64,000 nucleotides of DNA from Bigelowiella natans CCMP2755 (Eukaryota > Protista > Cercozoa), in the NCBI GenBank assembly GCA_000320545.1, contig ADNK01001946.1, positions 7,419 to 71,418 on the forward strand, in the 5' to 3' direction. The notes beneath the pieces are model-generated. The model had not been told where the DNA came from. It ran no database searches and worked only from the letters and a program-made list of their open reading frames with translations. Within the stretch, counting starts at the first letter, position 1; each line of letters opens with the position of its first letter. The position numbers and the translations under genes were made by a program. Below are positions 1 to 11,610 of the stretch, piece by piece.

Positions 1-1
1 T

Positions 2-430
2 GATATGGGGTCTAAGAGGAGCTTTTTGGGTGTGGCCGTTGGGGATGGCAAGCTGTTTGCTGTTGGTGGGCTGGATGGTGATATTGGTGCTCGTCCTACT
101 TTGAAATCTGCGGAGTATCTGGATTTGAAGGAGATGTCGGCGGGGTGGAAGTATCTGCCTGATATGAATATTAGGAGGAACCATTTTGGTGTGGCCGTTG
201 GGGATGGAAAGCTGTTTTCTGTTGGTGGGTGGGATGATAGTAGTAGTTCCAAATCTAGGGAGTATCTGGATTTGAAGAAAGTGGATGCGGGGTGGAAGGA
301 GCTTCCTGATATGAATTTAAAGAGAGATGAGTTGGGTGTGGCCGTTGGGGATGGCAAGCTGTTTGCAGTTGGTGGGTGGGATGGTTACAATTCTTTCAAA
401 TCTGGGGAGTATCTTCGTATCGCTATGTAG
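2..430 (+). CDS. Kelch-repeat beta-propeller protein, C-terminal part (5' truncated by window)
   Basis: Three tandem ~48-54 aa repeats GVAVGDGKLFAVGG...EYLDLK...GWKxLPDM with the kelch GG, Y and W signature; open frame from the window start to TAG at 428-430. Confidence 0.9.
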   Translation, partial: DMGSKRSFLGVAVGDGKLFAVGGLDGDIGARPTLKSAEYLDLKEMSAGWKYLPDMNIRRNHFGVAVGDGKLFSVGGWDDSSSSKSREYLDLKKVDAGWKELPDMNLKRDELGVAVGDGKLFAVGGWDGYNSFKSGEYLRIAM

Positions 431-479
431 ACTGCTTCCGCACACACATCGAGATCCATGTGGAGAAACATGGTCATTC

Positions 480-1760
480 ATAGCCATCTACAACTTCGCT
501 CATTAGACAAATGTGGACTTTCATCACTTCATCTCTTAGTTTGCGATAGAATTCAGGATTCAGTTCGGCTTTTAGGTCGTCCATTGCGAGGACGATTTCA
601 CTAAGCGTTCATCGGCAATGTCATAGACTTCTTCTGCTGTGCTACTTTTTGTTGCTTGCTCAATGTCACTCATGTTGATCTCACAGTGAGATGTGTCTTC
701 AAATGAAATCATGGATGAATGCTCTGTGAAAGTTGTGAACAGGAATCCTTTTGCTGATGGAACATGTTGTTAAGTGAGTGCGTTGTAGCAGTCACATGTC
801 AGCACATGGCAGTAGCACATTGGTGTGTAGCTAGCAGTCGCATGTCAGTGCACAGCAGCAGCAATTAGCAGTCGCATGTCAGCACATGAGCACAGCACGC
901 AGCGAAATGCTTCCCGCACATGCGGAATGTCAAAAAACAACTCTCACATCTGAATGCCGTGCTAGCATGTGAGACAAATGTGCGCAGACTGAAGAAACGA
1001 AATCCTTTCAATGCTAGAATGGTCATCCCAATCTAGCAATGCAGCCATCTAGCCATGCTAGCATGCAAAGCAGCGGCTGCAGCGCTCACGTTGCATCTGT
1101 GATCGACTGCTGTCTTTTCTGTCACACGGCTAGCTAGCTAGACGGACTTTCATGCATTCAAAATCATTCTTGTCCGGTCGTCGATGTCTGTTTGCAGCAC
1201 GCGCAGTAGTTCTTGCCTCTTTTTCTGCTGCAGTCAGTGGCTTTGTCTCATCGCACGTTTCGATTCATGATGGTGTTCGTGCATGCAATTCGTGCATCAT
1301 GCCGGAGTGCCAGGCTAGCAGGCCTTCATTTGGATGCGCTTTTTCAAACACACCTCTAGACCTGCTGCTTTTCAAGTTTGGCGCAACTGTGTGATGCAGC
1401 ACATCTAGACATTTCTGGATTTGCGCATCGTCACCGCAGTGCCGATTGTGGACACAGCTAGACAGTGATGGCACACATCTAGACATGTCGTGCTAGCATG
1501 CACATCTACTAGATCTAGACATGATCATTCCAGACGTTCTAGCGTTGCTAGATTGAACACTCTAGCAATCCTTGAGCTTACGACTGCTAGACTGGCTAGC
1601 TGGTCTAGAGACAAAGCGCTTGAAAGTCTGATGATCATTTTGCGACGCTTCAACCTAGCTAGCTAGATCTTGAGATGTGTGGATGTGGTTCAGGTTTAGT
1701 TTTCTATTGGTCATTTTTACTGGCACAAACAGCTTGATTGTCGTCCAGCCGTAAAGCATG
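480..1760. other. TpA-depleted, CTAG-rich intergenic tract 1
   Basis: Manual count in 901-1577: 21 TA dinucleotides, 19 in CTAG, 1 GTAG, 1 CTAC; CA/TG abundant, CpG retained. Confidence 0.85.
786..897 (+). repeat. Three degenerate ~32-bp tandem copies (tagcagtcRcatgtcag...)
   Basis: Copies at 786-817, 832-863 and 866-897 share the 17-bp core tagcagtcRcatgtcag. Confidence 0.85.
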
Positions 1761-2128
1761 ATGATGCGCATGTAAATATCTACATACTAGCCAGCCTTTA
1801 CTAGTTTAGACATGCTAGCATGTAGCGGGATACACATGCTTATTATGTTTAAACACTGAGACATTAATGAGTACACGGGTTCAGTGGAACCGTTTTCATC
1901 TGGTGATTCTAATGATACCAAAGATTAATTTTATCCGCCGAGTCACTAACATGTCTTATATTTTATCTCCTCATGTCTACAATCTAGTTTTTATATCTAT
2001 AAACTTCTAGACGATTTCTAATCCATCATAAGATGTCTAATACTTTTTATACTCGTGCTAATCTACGGACGCGTATTTTTTCTTCTTAAACTCTGATAAC
2101 ACGCGTGGTCGACGGCGTACAGCTGATA

Positions 2129-5100
2129 TTATTGATGATATAGGGTTTCATCAAGATGATATTTCAAGTTAAACGCTAGCTAGATTTTATTTGGTTTCTA
2201 GAAAAATTGCTGAAAGCTAAGTTACATGAATCGTAATCATCAAATACCTTTGGGTGGAGAGTGGGCTACTGGATCTTCTGCTGAAGCTTCTGTGAGATCT
2301 TTAGCTGTAAAGATCCAACTCTCTTCCAAAAAGGTGCTATTCAAAGTACCCTATTGAGAAGATAGATAGGTTGAATTCTGATCATTGATTATGTAAACAA
2401 ATTATGGACCGTTTCCGAGAATGTATCTTTATAGTCGGAATTCTTGTCAAACGTAGCAGTATTTGTGACAGAAACGTCGTCGTCATCATCCAAAGCGAAT
2501 GGCATGCTTTAAAACGTAATTATTGTTTTTTACTTTTCAAGCAACAAATAATTCTACATTGGTAAAACATCTCACATGCGATTCCTGCGCTTCTTCCGCT
2601 TAAATGTATTCGATTTCCTAATTTGTGTAGACATGTAATAGAATAGACTTTGTAAATATGAATTGGCTCACAAGGTTAACAAATTGTATAATTGTAAAAT
2701 AGCCCATGCACATTTCTACATTAAGTTCATGGGTTTAACGGTACGTTGCTAGCAGCATGTCGCTAGGAGTCATATCAGCCTGTAAGTAGGATAGAAGTAT
2801 GAGGATAATTCTAAATAATTAGAATTACTCCCGAATTCATGACACCCAATACCACATCGCTTTCGTCTTTGTATATATTTCAATTTCGCTATCTAGTTAG
2901 ACCAGTGTATCCGAGTCGGGAGACAAGTCTGCTTTATCAATGGGGTACCTAGTATGAATGCACTTAGTTCGATTTGACGTGAAATATCTTGAGAGGTAAT
3001 ATTTACCACTGACGTAAACTGCCTTGTAAATCCTTTTTCATTCTCCGCTGAAAATGGTTCATAAGAGAATCTAATGTAAAGGATGCGAGTAAATGTAAAT
3101 ACCATTCTAGCTTTTGAATCCTCTGCTCTTGTGAGATCCGAATCACTGGACTCGTCGTAAATCTCATTCTACAATTACCAAGCTATTTTGTTACATTAGA
3201 TAAAATGAGCATTTAAATTTATGTACGTTGACAGCAACAGAATGTCCTCTCCTCCGATAAATGTCGTCTTAGTCAAAATATTAAATTAATGTTTCCCCAT
3301 TGAAATTGAAAGTGCATCCTAAAATACCTTGAAAAGAATGCAGGTCTGACATAGAATCAAGGTTGAGTTGAACGAAAGGTTTGCTATCTGACTTCGGTCT
3401 CAGAATAAAGGAAGGAGAATTCCCACTACGCACTAATGGCTGGGATGTAGAGGATGAATAAATCTTGGAGCTTAATGATTAAACAGCTCTGGTAAAAGTG
3501 ACTCTTACTTTTAATGGGGCCGTATTTGATCGATAATTCTTACTTCCATCTGATTGAGTACAACTTCAACAGAATATACGTTGCGGAATAACGTCGAGGC
3601 CCTACCTGATGGCTTGTTTTCAACTTCGTTGCACGAGCCTACTGTTTTAGCTACATGGGTGTTCCTATTGAATCCTAGGCTCTTTGGAATATTTAATCTA
3701 GGGTTGCTGGTGTATAATGGTTGAGGTGAGGACCGCCCTATGATGAATGCGAAAGATGAGTGCCAGAAGACCCGAAGGGCTAGTCTCTTCAAATTGGAAT
3801 ACACTTAAATACCGCTCGCGTAAACCGAACTTCTTGAAGATCCTCTGCTCCGATTCCATTCAATTTTTTCGTTTGATTCGTTTAGGCTTCCACTCTTCCT
3901 ATTGTCGGAAGCTCTAGGTGATCTTGACTTGAAGCGGAGGAGGGATCTCGGAGACAAGGAACTTTGACTTTTTTGCTCTGAAAGTTTAAAAATTAATAAA
4001 TTAGATTTATCCACATATAAAACTGAGCCTATATTTTATTTAACACATCCTTTGTTAAGTTCTTGCCTTTAGGAAGGATCTGAACGAGCCCGATGTCTAA
4101 AGCTGCCTGAGACTACAATTTAATAATTTCACAAAGATAAATAAATTAACGCAACTACAAGTAAATACATTCAATAATACTTAATACTTGTTGGATTATT
4201 GTCTGACCGTTGATGTAGGCATTGGGGGGGGTTCAGGCATAGGCTCTTCGTCCTGACTATCTTCTTTGGGCCGACTCCAACACCTACAACCAAAACCATC
4301 ATCCATGGGTTGCGTTTGAGAAATACATTCCCCTACTTGTATAGATTTCTGAAATATTCCATGACACTGCTGTCTCTTCGCTTGAAATAGCTGCTCCTTC
4401 GTTTGGACTGCCGAGAATGTCGATCCTTTGTAGCTACAGACTTCACGGAGGAGAGGATTTCATTTACTTCGCCCTTTATCATTTGCTTTTTCCTGCATAT
4501 AATCCATATAAACTACCGGCAACATAATGCATCTACCACCACTTTACCCAATATCAAGTGACTGTACGCGTCTGTGTGTTATCAGCTTCTTCTTCTTGGA
4601 AGTACTTATCATGTTTCCTGAAGAATATTAGAATACTGAGTATTTCCGTTCAATGATTCTACAGTTTTGAGGTGAAAATGAAAAAGAATACTGTTTCTTA
4701 AGAAGGGCTGTGGCGTCAGTGGTCTCGAAGCAGCGGGCGAACGCGAGTGTCGGGATACAGGACTGGGGGTGATAGAACGAGGTGTAGATGGCCACCAGCC
4801 TATAAAAAAAAAGTAAGAGACCTTAAGAAGAAAAACGGCATAATGTTTCGATTAAAATCTTGTTCTAACCCGAATTTGCTCTAGATCGGCTATTTCTGAA
4901 CATGAGTAGCACTCAGCTTTTGTTGATATTTTACCCAATATTTAAAACCTGTTTTGCCGCCGTTTGGCTGCTTGAATGTGGATAGCATCTTTAATCTTCC
5001 TCGATATGGAATGTACCTGAGATTATATGATCATCGAATTTTACGTTGCCGAGGAGCAGCTAGATGTAGAGCGGTGCCGAACCCCTTTCTCAATCAAAAC

Positions 5101-6106
5101 TGGGATTGCTCGAACTGCCTGTTCCTCGGTTTCTCCATCCCTTTAAATGTTTAAGCGTATGTCGAACTTCGCAGAATCATACTATTGGCATTGTATGAAT
5201 CTTTGAGGATATTCATGCATCTGATAGATCACCTGAAAGCCTTTTTCATCCAGGGAGCAATTTTGTTATCTTCTACTAAACTGTATAATAATAATCTTAA
5301 TTAATTGTGGAAATAAGTGTAATAAAATCATAATTTAACCCGTTGAACATTAGACGGCACAGCTTAATAAGATGATTGCTCTCGTCCCTGAAATGTATTT
5401 GTCACAGAAGCTTAGTTCGAACATATTTCAATATTTACCTGAGAGCTTTAAAGGCCTCAACACATAAACCCACAAATTGCTTCCATCGTCTCCTGGTAGA
5501 AATGCAAGGAGATAATGACGATCTCAAAATATAGTTCTTTGAAATAACGTCACCGTTTTCGCAATGCTCGACGCATCTTCGTCTTAACCGCAAAATCAGG
5601 AGAATCTATAACAGCATAACACGATACACATTAGTTGTGACATCGAGAAGTACATAAATGGCTACTGACCTACATAACGTGTTTTTCTACCAAAGCAGTG
5701 CTTGAAGTCAATTTGAAGAAATATTCGGTCATCTGAAAAGCAAGCTCATTGGTTTGTATATGAAGCTACAGGGTTTTATCTCGAATAACCTTTTATCATA
5801 AAATTCGATTTATGTCTGTCTCGGCATCCAAGAATATAACATGCTACATAGGAGCCTATGGACAAATTTTCCAATTTTCACCCTTTTCAATAAACATTAT
5901 CTGCTGAACTGAGATGCGTTATACCTGCAGCAGATCTTACAAATTCATCTAAGGTTGCATGGTCCATCAAATTGATTTTTTCTTCCGCAGGCCAGTTCTT
6001 ATTAAGATGCAATGTTATTTCTAGTATAGGACAGCAAGGTGTGTCTTGATTACCAGGGATTCAGTGGCGTTAGCAACAAATTCCATAAGACCGGCATTTT
6101 TACTAT

Positions 6107-6144
<38 letters not shown>

Positions 6145-9100
6145 TTTAATTGCAAGAAGCATCTACCCTCAATTGTATTAACCTTATAGCACAAATTTTA
6201 AACGTATAAGCATATGGTGTCAGCTTTTGCTTCATTGGAACAGATCTGAGTGGAATAGGAGAATTCTCAAATTTCTGATGACTTGCGAAAACTTGTTGTC
6301 ATTACCTCCAGATAACGTTAAATACCTCAAACATCCGCATTACCATCATATCTGTACGAATCTAAAGAATATAACAGATTAGTGTTTTATACCTTGAAAT
6401 TGATTGCGAATGTGGTAATTGATGCAAAGAATCGATTACCTCATCTGGCTTGAATATGACTTTCCCTTCAAATGAATTCAATCCTGATATACTCCCCGTT
6501 TACGTATTATCATATGTGTTGATAAAAAAATGACCTGAGAGTTTGATGCCTAGTAGGGTTGGCGCATGACCGGAAGAAAATCTACAAATTTTGAATAATA
6601 AATTCAATCCTATTATCTGTGTAGATTCTAACTTACTTTTTGATAACACGAATTGAAGTGACTGTTCTCTCTGGATAAAGGGGACATAGAATCTGTAGAG
6701 GATGGCCGATGTCACCATATTTTACCTGCAAATTCACATTAACATGATCAAGATTTTTTATACAGCATTCCAAATATGCTTACGGAAGTGAACTCGCCAT
6801 TTTTGTGAAAGAAGTTTACCTATAATTAGAATATAGCAATGCTGATCGTACTACATGGAACTTAAAAATATCATTACGGTATCCAAAACTTGTGTCTGGG
6901 GAGCACCGACATTTACCAGTCGAATGTTCGAAAGATGGCACTAATTCACAAATCGAATGGTAGTATACATGATGGAAAAAAAACATTGAACAGCAAGTAC
7001 TGTGGTTGGCATGGATCTGTGAATCCAAAATGCCAGACGAAGGATAGTGGTATTGCCTGATTCAATCGTAGGGTTACAAAAATAAATTGCTCAGAAATGA
7101 TTTTTGAAATTTATACCTTTTATTCTCTTTCTCAAAACTTTGCTTGATTTTTGTAGAAGAATGGGCAACAATAGAATAATTTGTCTGTCTGTCATCTTCT
7201 GAATGTCGCCTTCACTTAGGATTCTCTGATGAGATTAGACAGCTTATTTCTCATTTTTCCTACAATACCAATGTTTCTAACCTTGCAGACACAATTATAA
7301 AGACGAATCTAAGACATAGTTACAGATTGTTTTAGTAAAATGTAATTTCATGTTCAGAAATAACGTATCGAGACTAAACAGTAGATAAGATGCAATACTA
7401 CCTCGGACTCAACATCCTCATCGTAAAGATTTGGTGTTATTCTGAGGTCATTATAAACCGTAAACATTCTGCGCCAAACTTCATGAACGTACCAAATATT
7501 TACCGGGTGAATTGTTCTTTAATTCCAGGGTAATTTCCTTTCCAATCCTAAGAGTAATAAAAAATACCATTTGACTATTCGATCAATTTCTAGTGAGTAG
7601 GGAGTATAACCCTCTTGAAATATGCGACACAATTTGGATTCAGCGTTTTCTTTGCAGCTGTTCCATGATGAAATTCAACCTACAAATATGAATTCCCACT
7701 GGATCGATAATGTCCTCATTCATTTTGATAACAGCCAAAATTATACCTTCAGAGTTCCTTCACGTCTAGATTCACCCTCTCGGATAATTCCCAAGCCAAA
7801 GCGAGTTCGCACATATATAGGAGTTCTCGAAAAAACATACTTTTCCATCTGAGAAAATAATTTGGCAATTATTCTTTCTTGCACCTCACTTAGATGTCAA
7901 AATTCAACCAGGTCGAAAAATGTTAATCGTTTAGTCATTATACCATTAATCTATCATCGCGAGTTCTCTTCATATCATGCTCAAATACGGCGATAGATCG
8001 TTGAGTATCAGATAATTCGGACATAACTGTTCCTGTTAAAGTTACTTTCATTGCACATCCGTAATTTTATTTCATCTATCTCAAAATGGTGCTCTTTTTG
8101 CTAAGAATACAAGTAAATACCCTCGTCATCTGCATCGTCATCTGCATCGTCATCATCAGGAAGCTCAGAGCTTGATACCCATTTCGATGCAGATAGCATT
8201 ATCTGGGTTGAATACAATTATTCTAGGTGACTCTTACTAAAAATGTAAATGAAATTCCTGCTTCTTACCCTCGAATTGCTTTCTGGACGGTCTTAATGAT
8301 GTCATAATATTCAATTCATGAGATGATTTATATCATATATTTGTACATAATGTACCTAGAGATTCGCTAATTTGAAGCGAAGTATCCCCCAGCTGAGAAA
8401 AATATAAATGTTCAGTCAACTGACAGAATATAAAATTATCCAAACATCTACCTTTTTATCTTTAGCAGGAATTTCTTTCTTTTTGACAAATCGAACGGAA
8501 CTAATTTGTGGTTCGCCGTAGATTGTACCTTCTGGATCTGCCATTGCTAATTTGGCCCAAACCTATCATTGCAAGTTGTGAGAAATGAAACCAAAAATTT
8601 ATATTTGGTCACATTTTACTCCGATTACCAGAAAATCCAACCGCTTAATGTATCCTATGAAAATAAAACAATTACGCGTTAATATAATGCATTTATTTGT
8701 TTATTTGGTACTTCATGGAGATTAGATAACGTTTCTACCGTCTCCTTTATCAATGCGATCAAGAAAACGCAGTATGGCTTCGTTCAAGTCTCTGATATAA
8801 AGATATGAGCGAGTGGGTCATTTTAAAGATATACCAAATACCTTATCGAGCCTGTGCCTGGTCTTGATTTTGCATCTTCAGGGGACTAATATGAGGGAAA
8901 ATTAATCAACATTTTGTCACTTTCAAAATTTTTATTCGTTTATATATTCGAATTCCCTTTTCAAACTGTACTTGCTACGAAATTAGGCTTCGAAAAAATA
9001 CATTCGTTTGTAGGAGCGATCCTGAATCTCCATTAATGTAGGGCTTTGTTCGCATCAGTTTTGCTGATAAGGATATATTGATACGCTTATTTCTTGGATT

Positions 9101-10300
9101 ATTTGGTATTATCCCCCTGTTTGTCCACATAGGAGAGGCTGGCCTGCTTGCCATGTGGGGAGACGCCCGTGGAGACACTTGGGGAGTTGTTTGCTCGCTT
9201 CTTATCGCAGGAAGCGAAGATTTCGATGAGTTTAGATCGGAATTCAGGGTTCCTTGAGTTACCTGTATACAAACCAAATATTTTACTATCCTGGTTATAA
9301 TATAATGATTAGTAGAATAGATTTACCGAGCTATGACTTGTTTTCTTCTCGGAACTGTTAATTGGATGAAAAGCTAGGGACATAATCGTATTGTCTCCAT
9401 CTTCATGGGTTCGTCCGTTCCTATTGTTCAGTATTGCTTTGATAATATTAACGAGTGTTTCAATTTCAAATATCTTACTCTATTATGCCAGGGCCGTTTG
9501 AGATTTTCGGTGGGATAACAAAGTTGCCCCTAGTACTTAGGAATTAATCAACTTATCACAAAAATGAAAGATGGTTTTACATACCCAAATGACCGTGTTC
9601 TTCTACGAAGTCGTCGACCATTCAATTCCCTCGTTTTTGGAGAATCCTTTGAGAGTAGTTATGAGCTATATCGTAGTTTCAACTTTGAAGATCTATACCA
9701 TAGATGATATGACTTTTTCACTCTTCGAATGGCCTATTTTCTATGTGATCAATACCTCATGAATACAGTAATAGTCGACAATATTCAATATCAAACCTTC
9801 TTTTCTACATTATCCCCAGTATGGTCACCTGTTGTAATACAATACTGATTAACGAACTTAAAGGGTTCTGTGGTTTCGTAACCTAGCTTTTTCCTGCGTC
9901 TCAGTTTAATAGCTTTTCGTGCTTGTGCTCGAAATACCTATGATAAACTTTAATAATGGGAACATTCCTTGATCTTAGTGAGATGCAATACCAAATCCTT
10001 TAACAACGCAGCGGCCTATAAAAAGCATGAATTTTTTAAATTGGGAAATTGAGAAATGAGCAAGCAAACTATTTGTCACGTACTCTCTCTTTGGCCAGAA
10101 ATTCACCATCCTCTGCTACGCGATGCCATAGCTATGAAAATAGTATCTTACCACATAATTTATTTTACACCTTGCAACATCACTACCTTTTCAAGAACTT
10201 TGTTTGTGCTGTGAGGATTTGCTTTTTGACTTTCAAACTCAATGAAAGCGTCGTCGATAGCACCAATTATTTCATCTTGTGTGGAGTTTGAATTTCCCAT
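2129..10300 (-). CDS. PI3K/PI4K-like lipid kinase, dozens of short introns, predicted N-myristoylation
   Basis: Spliced exons read MGNSNSTQ (ATG 10300); helical-domain-like LLLPILLQK / LAFWIHRSM; kinase core FSSGHAP, KVIFKPDE-IRTDMMVMRMFEVFNVIW, GLMEFVANA, FVRSAAGSYVACYILGCRDRHKSNFMIK, IFLQIDFKHCFG, WKQFVGLCVEAFKALR; long S/R-rich tail. The stop near 2129 is tentative. Confidence 0.85.
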
Positions 10301-10559
10301 TCTTACTCATATGCCAGCGATAACCTTCTGCTCAATCCTTGCTCCCCATCTGCCAATTGTAAAAGAGAATCTAGGTTGAGTTCACGTGCATTCTACCCCA
10401 TCTCGTGGACGAAACATTTGGCAAAATCTTTTGTCATAACTTGAAGAATCACAAAAACCATAAGCATTTAGACCTGCGACAAGCAAATATGACCACGAGA
10501 GCACTGCAATTCCATGAAGCGAAAAAATGAATTTCAAATAATTCGTCGCTCTAGGCCAT

Positions 10560-11300
10560 TCTCCCACAAAGGTGCGTCAACAATGGAGCTCATCTGAATT
10601 GACGTTGTTCAAGAAAAAAGCGATGTAGGATATTGTCGCAGGCTTGAATCGACCTGCAGCATGAAAGTGCTGGAAATGAGCATTACCTCGATCTTCAGCT
10701 TGTTCGGAAATTGCGCTCGCGGCACGCTTGAACACACTGACATGGTGAGCACTTTGAAGCAACCCATCGTTCTCAAAGAAAGTGTGATTGCCTCAAAACG
10801 ATGGAATTTCTTCGTTCACCGTTTGAGAGCTGCAGGGACACAAGGCACGCAAGCCCACAACGCGAGCTAGGCATCGAGTTGCGTCAGGCGCCACGCAGAC
10901 ACAGCTAGCTAGAGGAGCGGTGGATGAAAGCGCCTGTGGCCTGTGGCTAGCTAGCAGGCTTTTTTTCGCCGCTCATCATGAATGCGAATGTGGCATGTGA
11001 CTCCCTGCTCGTCATGTTTCAATCCGATTTCCATCGTCATTGCCCTCATTTCAATGGTGCACAAACACAACAAGTACTCATGGCAGAGGATGCTCTAGAT
11101 GCTGCTGACAATCATGATGGCGAATCTGAACATGATGGTTTTCTTCATGTGGAACATCCAATCATGCAATGCACTCCTGGTTTGCAGCGGAAGCTCGTGT
11201 GCAGTGCATTGAAAGTTGTGGTGAGTGCAATGATGATTTGCAAAGGAAATCGCTGTGATGACAATTTGAACTTACAAAAAAACTACTTTTTGCCTTAATG
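10560..11300. other. TpA-depleted, CTAG-rich intergenic tract 2
   Basis: Manual count in 10686-11272: only 7 TA, 6 in CTAG and 1 GTAC. Confidence 0.85.
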
Positions 11301-11610
11301 CATGGAAGATGTGATGGTGTAGCGAACCACAAACCATAATGGATAAGGAAGTACTCTGTTTCCTACATCTCTCTCACGAGAGCAAGATTACATACAGAAA
11401 TGCTTTCCGTGGAGACAATAATCCCTGTCAGCTCCAATCAAAAATCATCGGAGGGACTTGCGATGCCAAACGATGATGCATCGCGACTAAAATACAAACT
11501 TCTGTTTTATCTGTTTCTTTTGAAGAGCGGTGTCGCTCGATGACTTCTCAACATATATTTTATTTCTGAGGTCAATCTAATATGGAATGGCGGATGACGA
11601 TAGTCCATCA

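Noticed and set aside
1152-1486. ORFs in TpA-depleted tracts (also 10661-11298, 28569-29147, 43137-43448)
   Set aside because: Tyr-poor, Cys/His-rich and without domains; they stay open because TAA stop codons are depleted.
480-1760. CpG methylation decay or fungal-type RIP as the cause of the CA/TG excess
   Set aside because: CpG is plentiful and TpA is the missing dinucleotide; RIP would increase TpA.
7600-7690. C2 domain in the kinase (KKTLNP motif)
   Set aside because: The surrounding exons (VRTRFGLGII...VEFHHGTA) do not fit a C2 strand pattern; the match is too short.
2129-10300. Nucleomorph or organellar origin of the AT-rich gene
   Set aside because: Its introns are ~60-90 nt spliceosomal type, far longer than the ~20-nt chlorarachniophyte nucleomorph introns, and the gene is a host-type signalling kinase.
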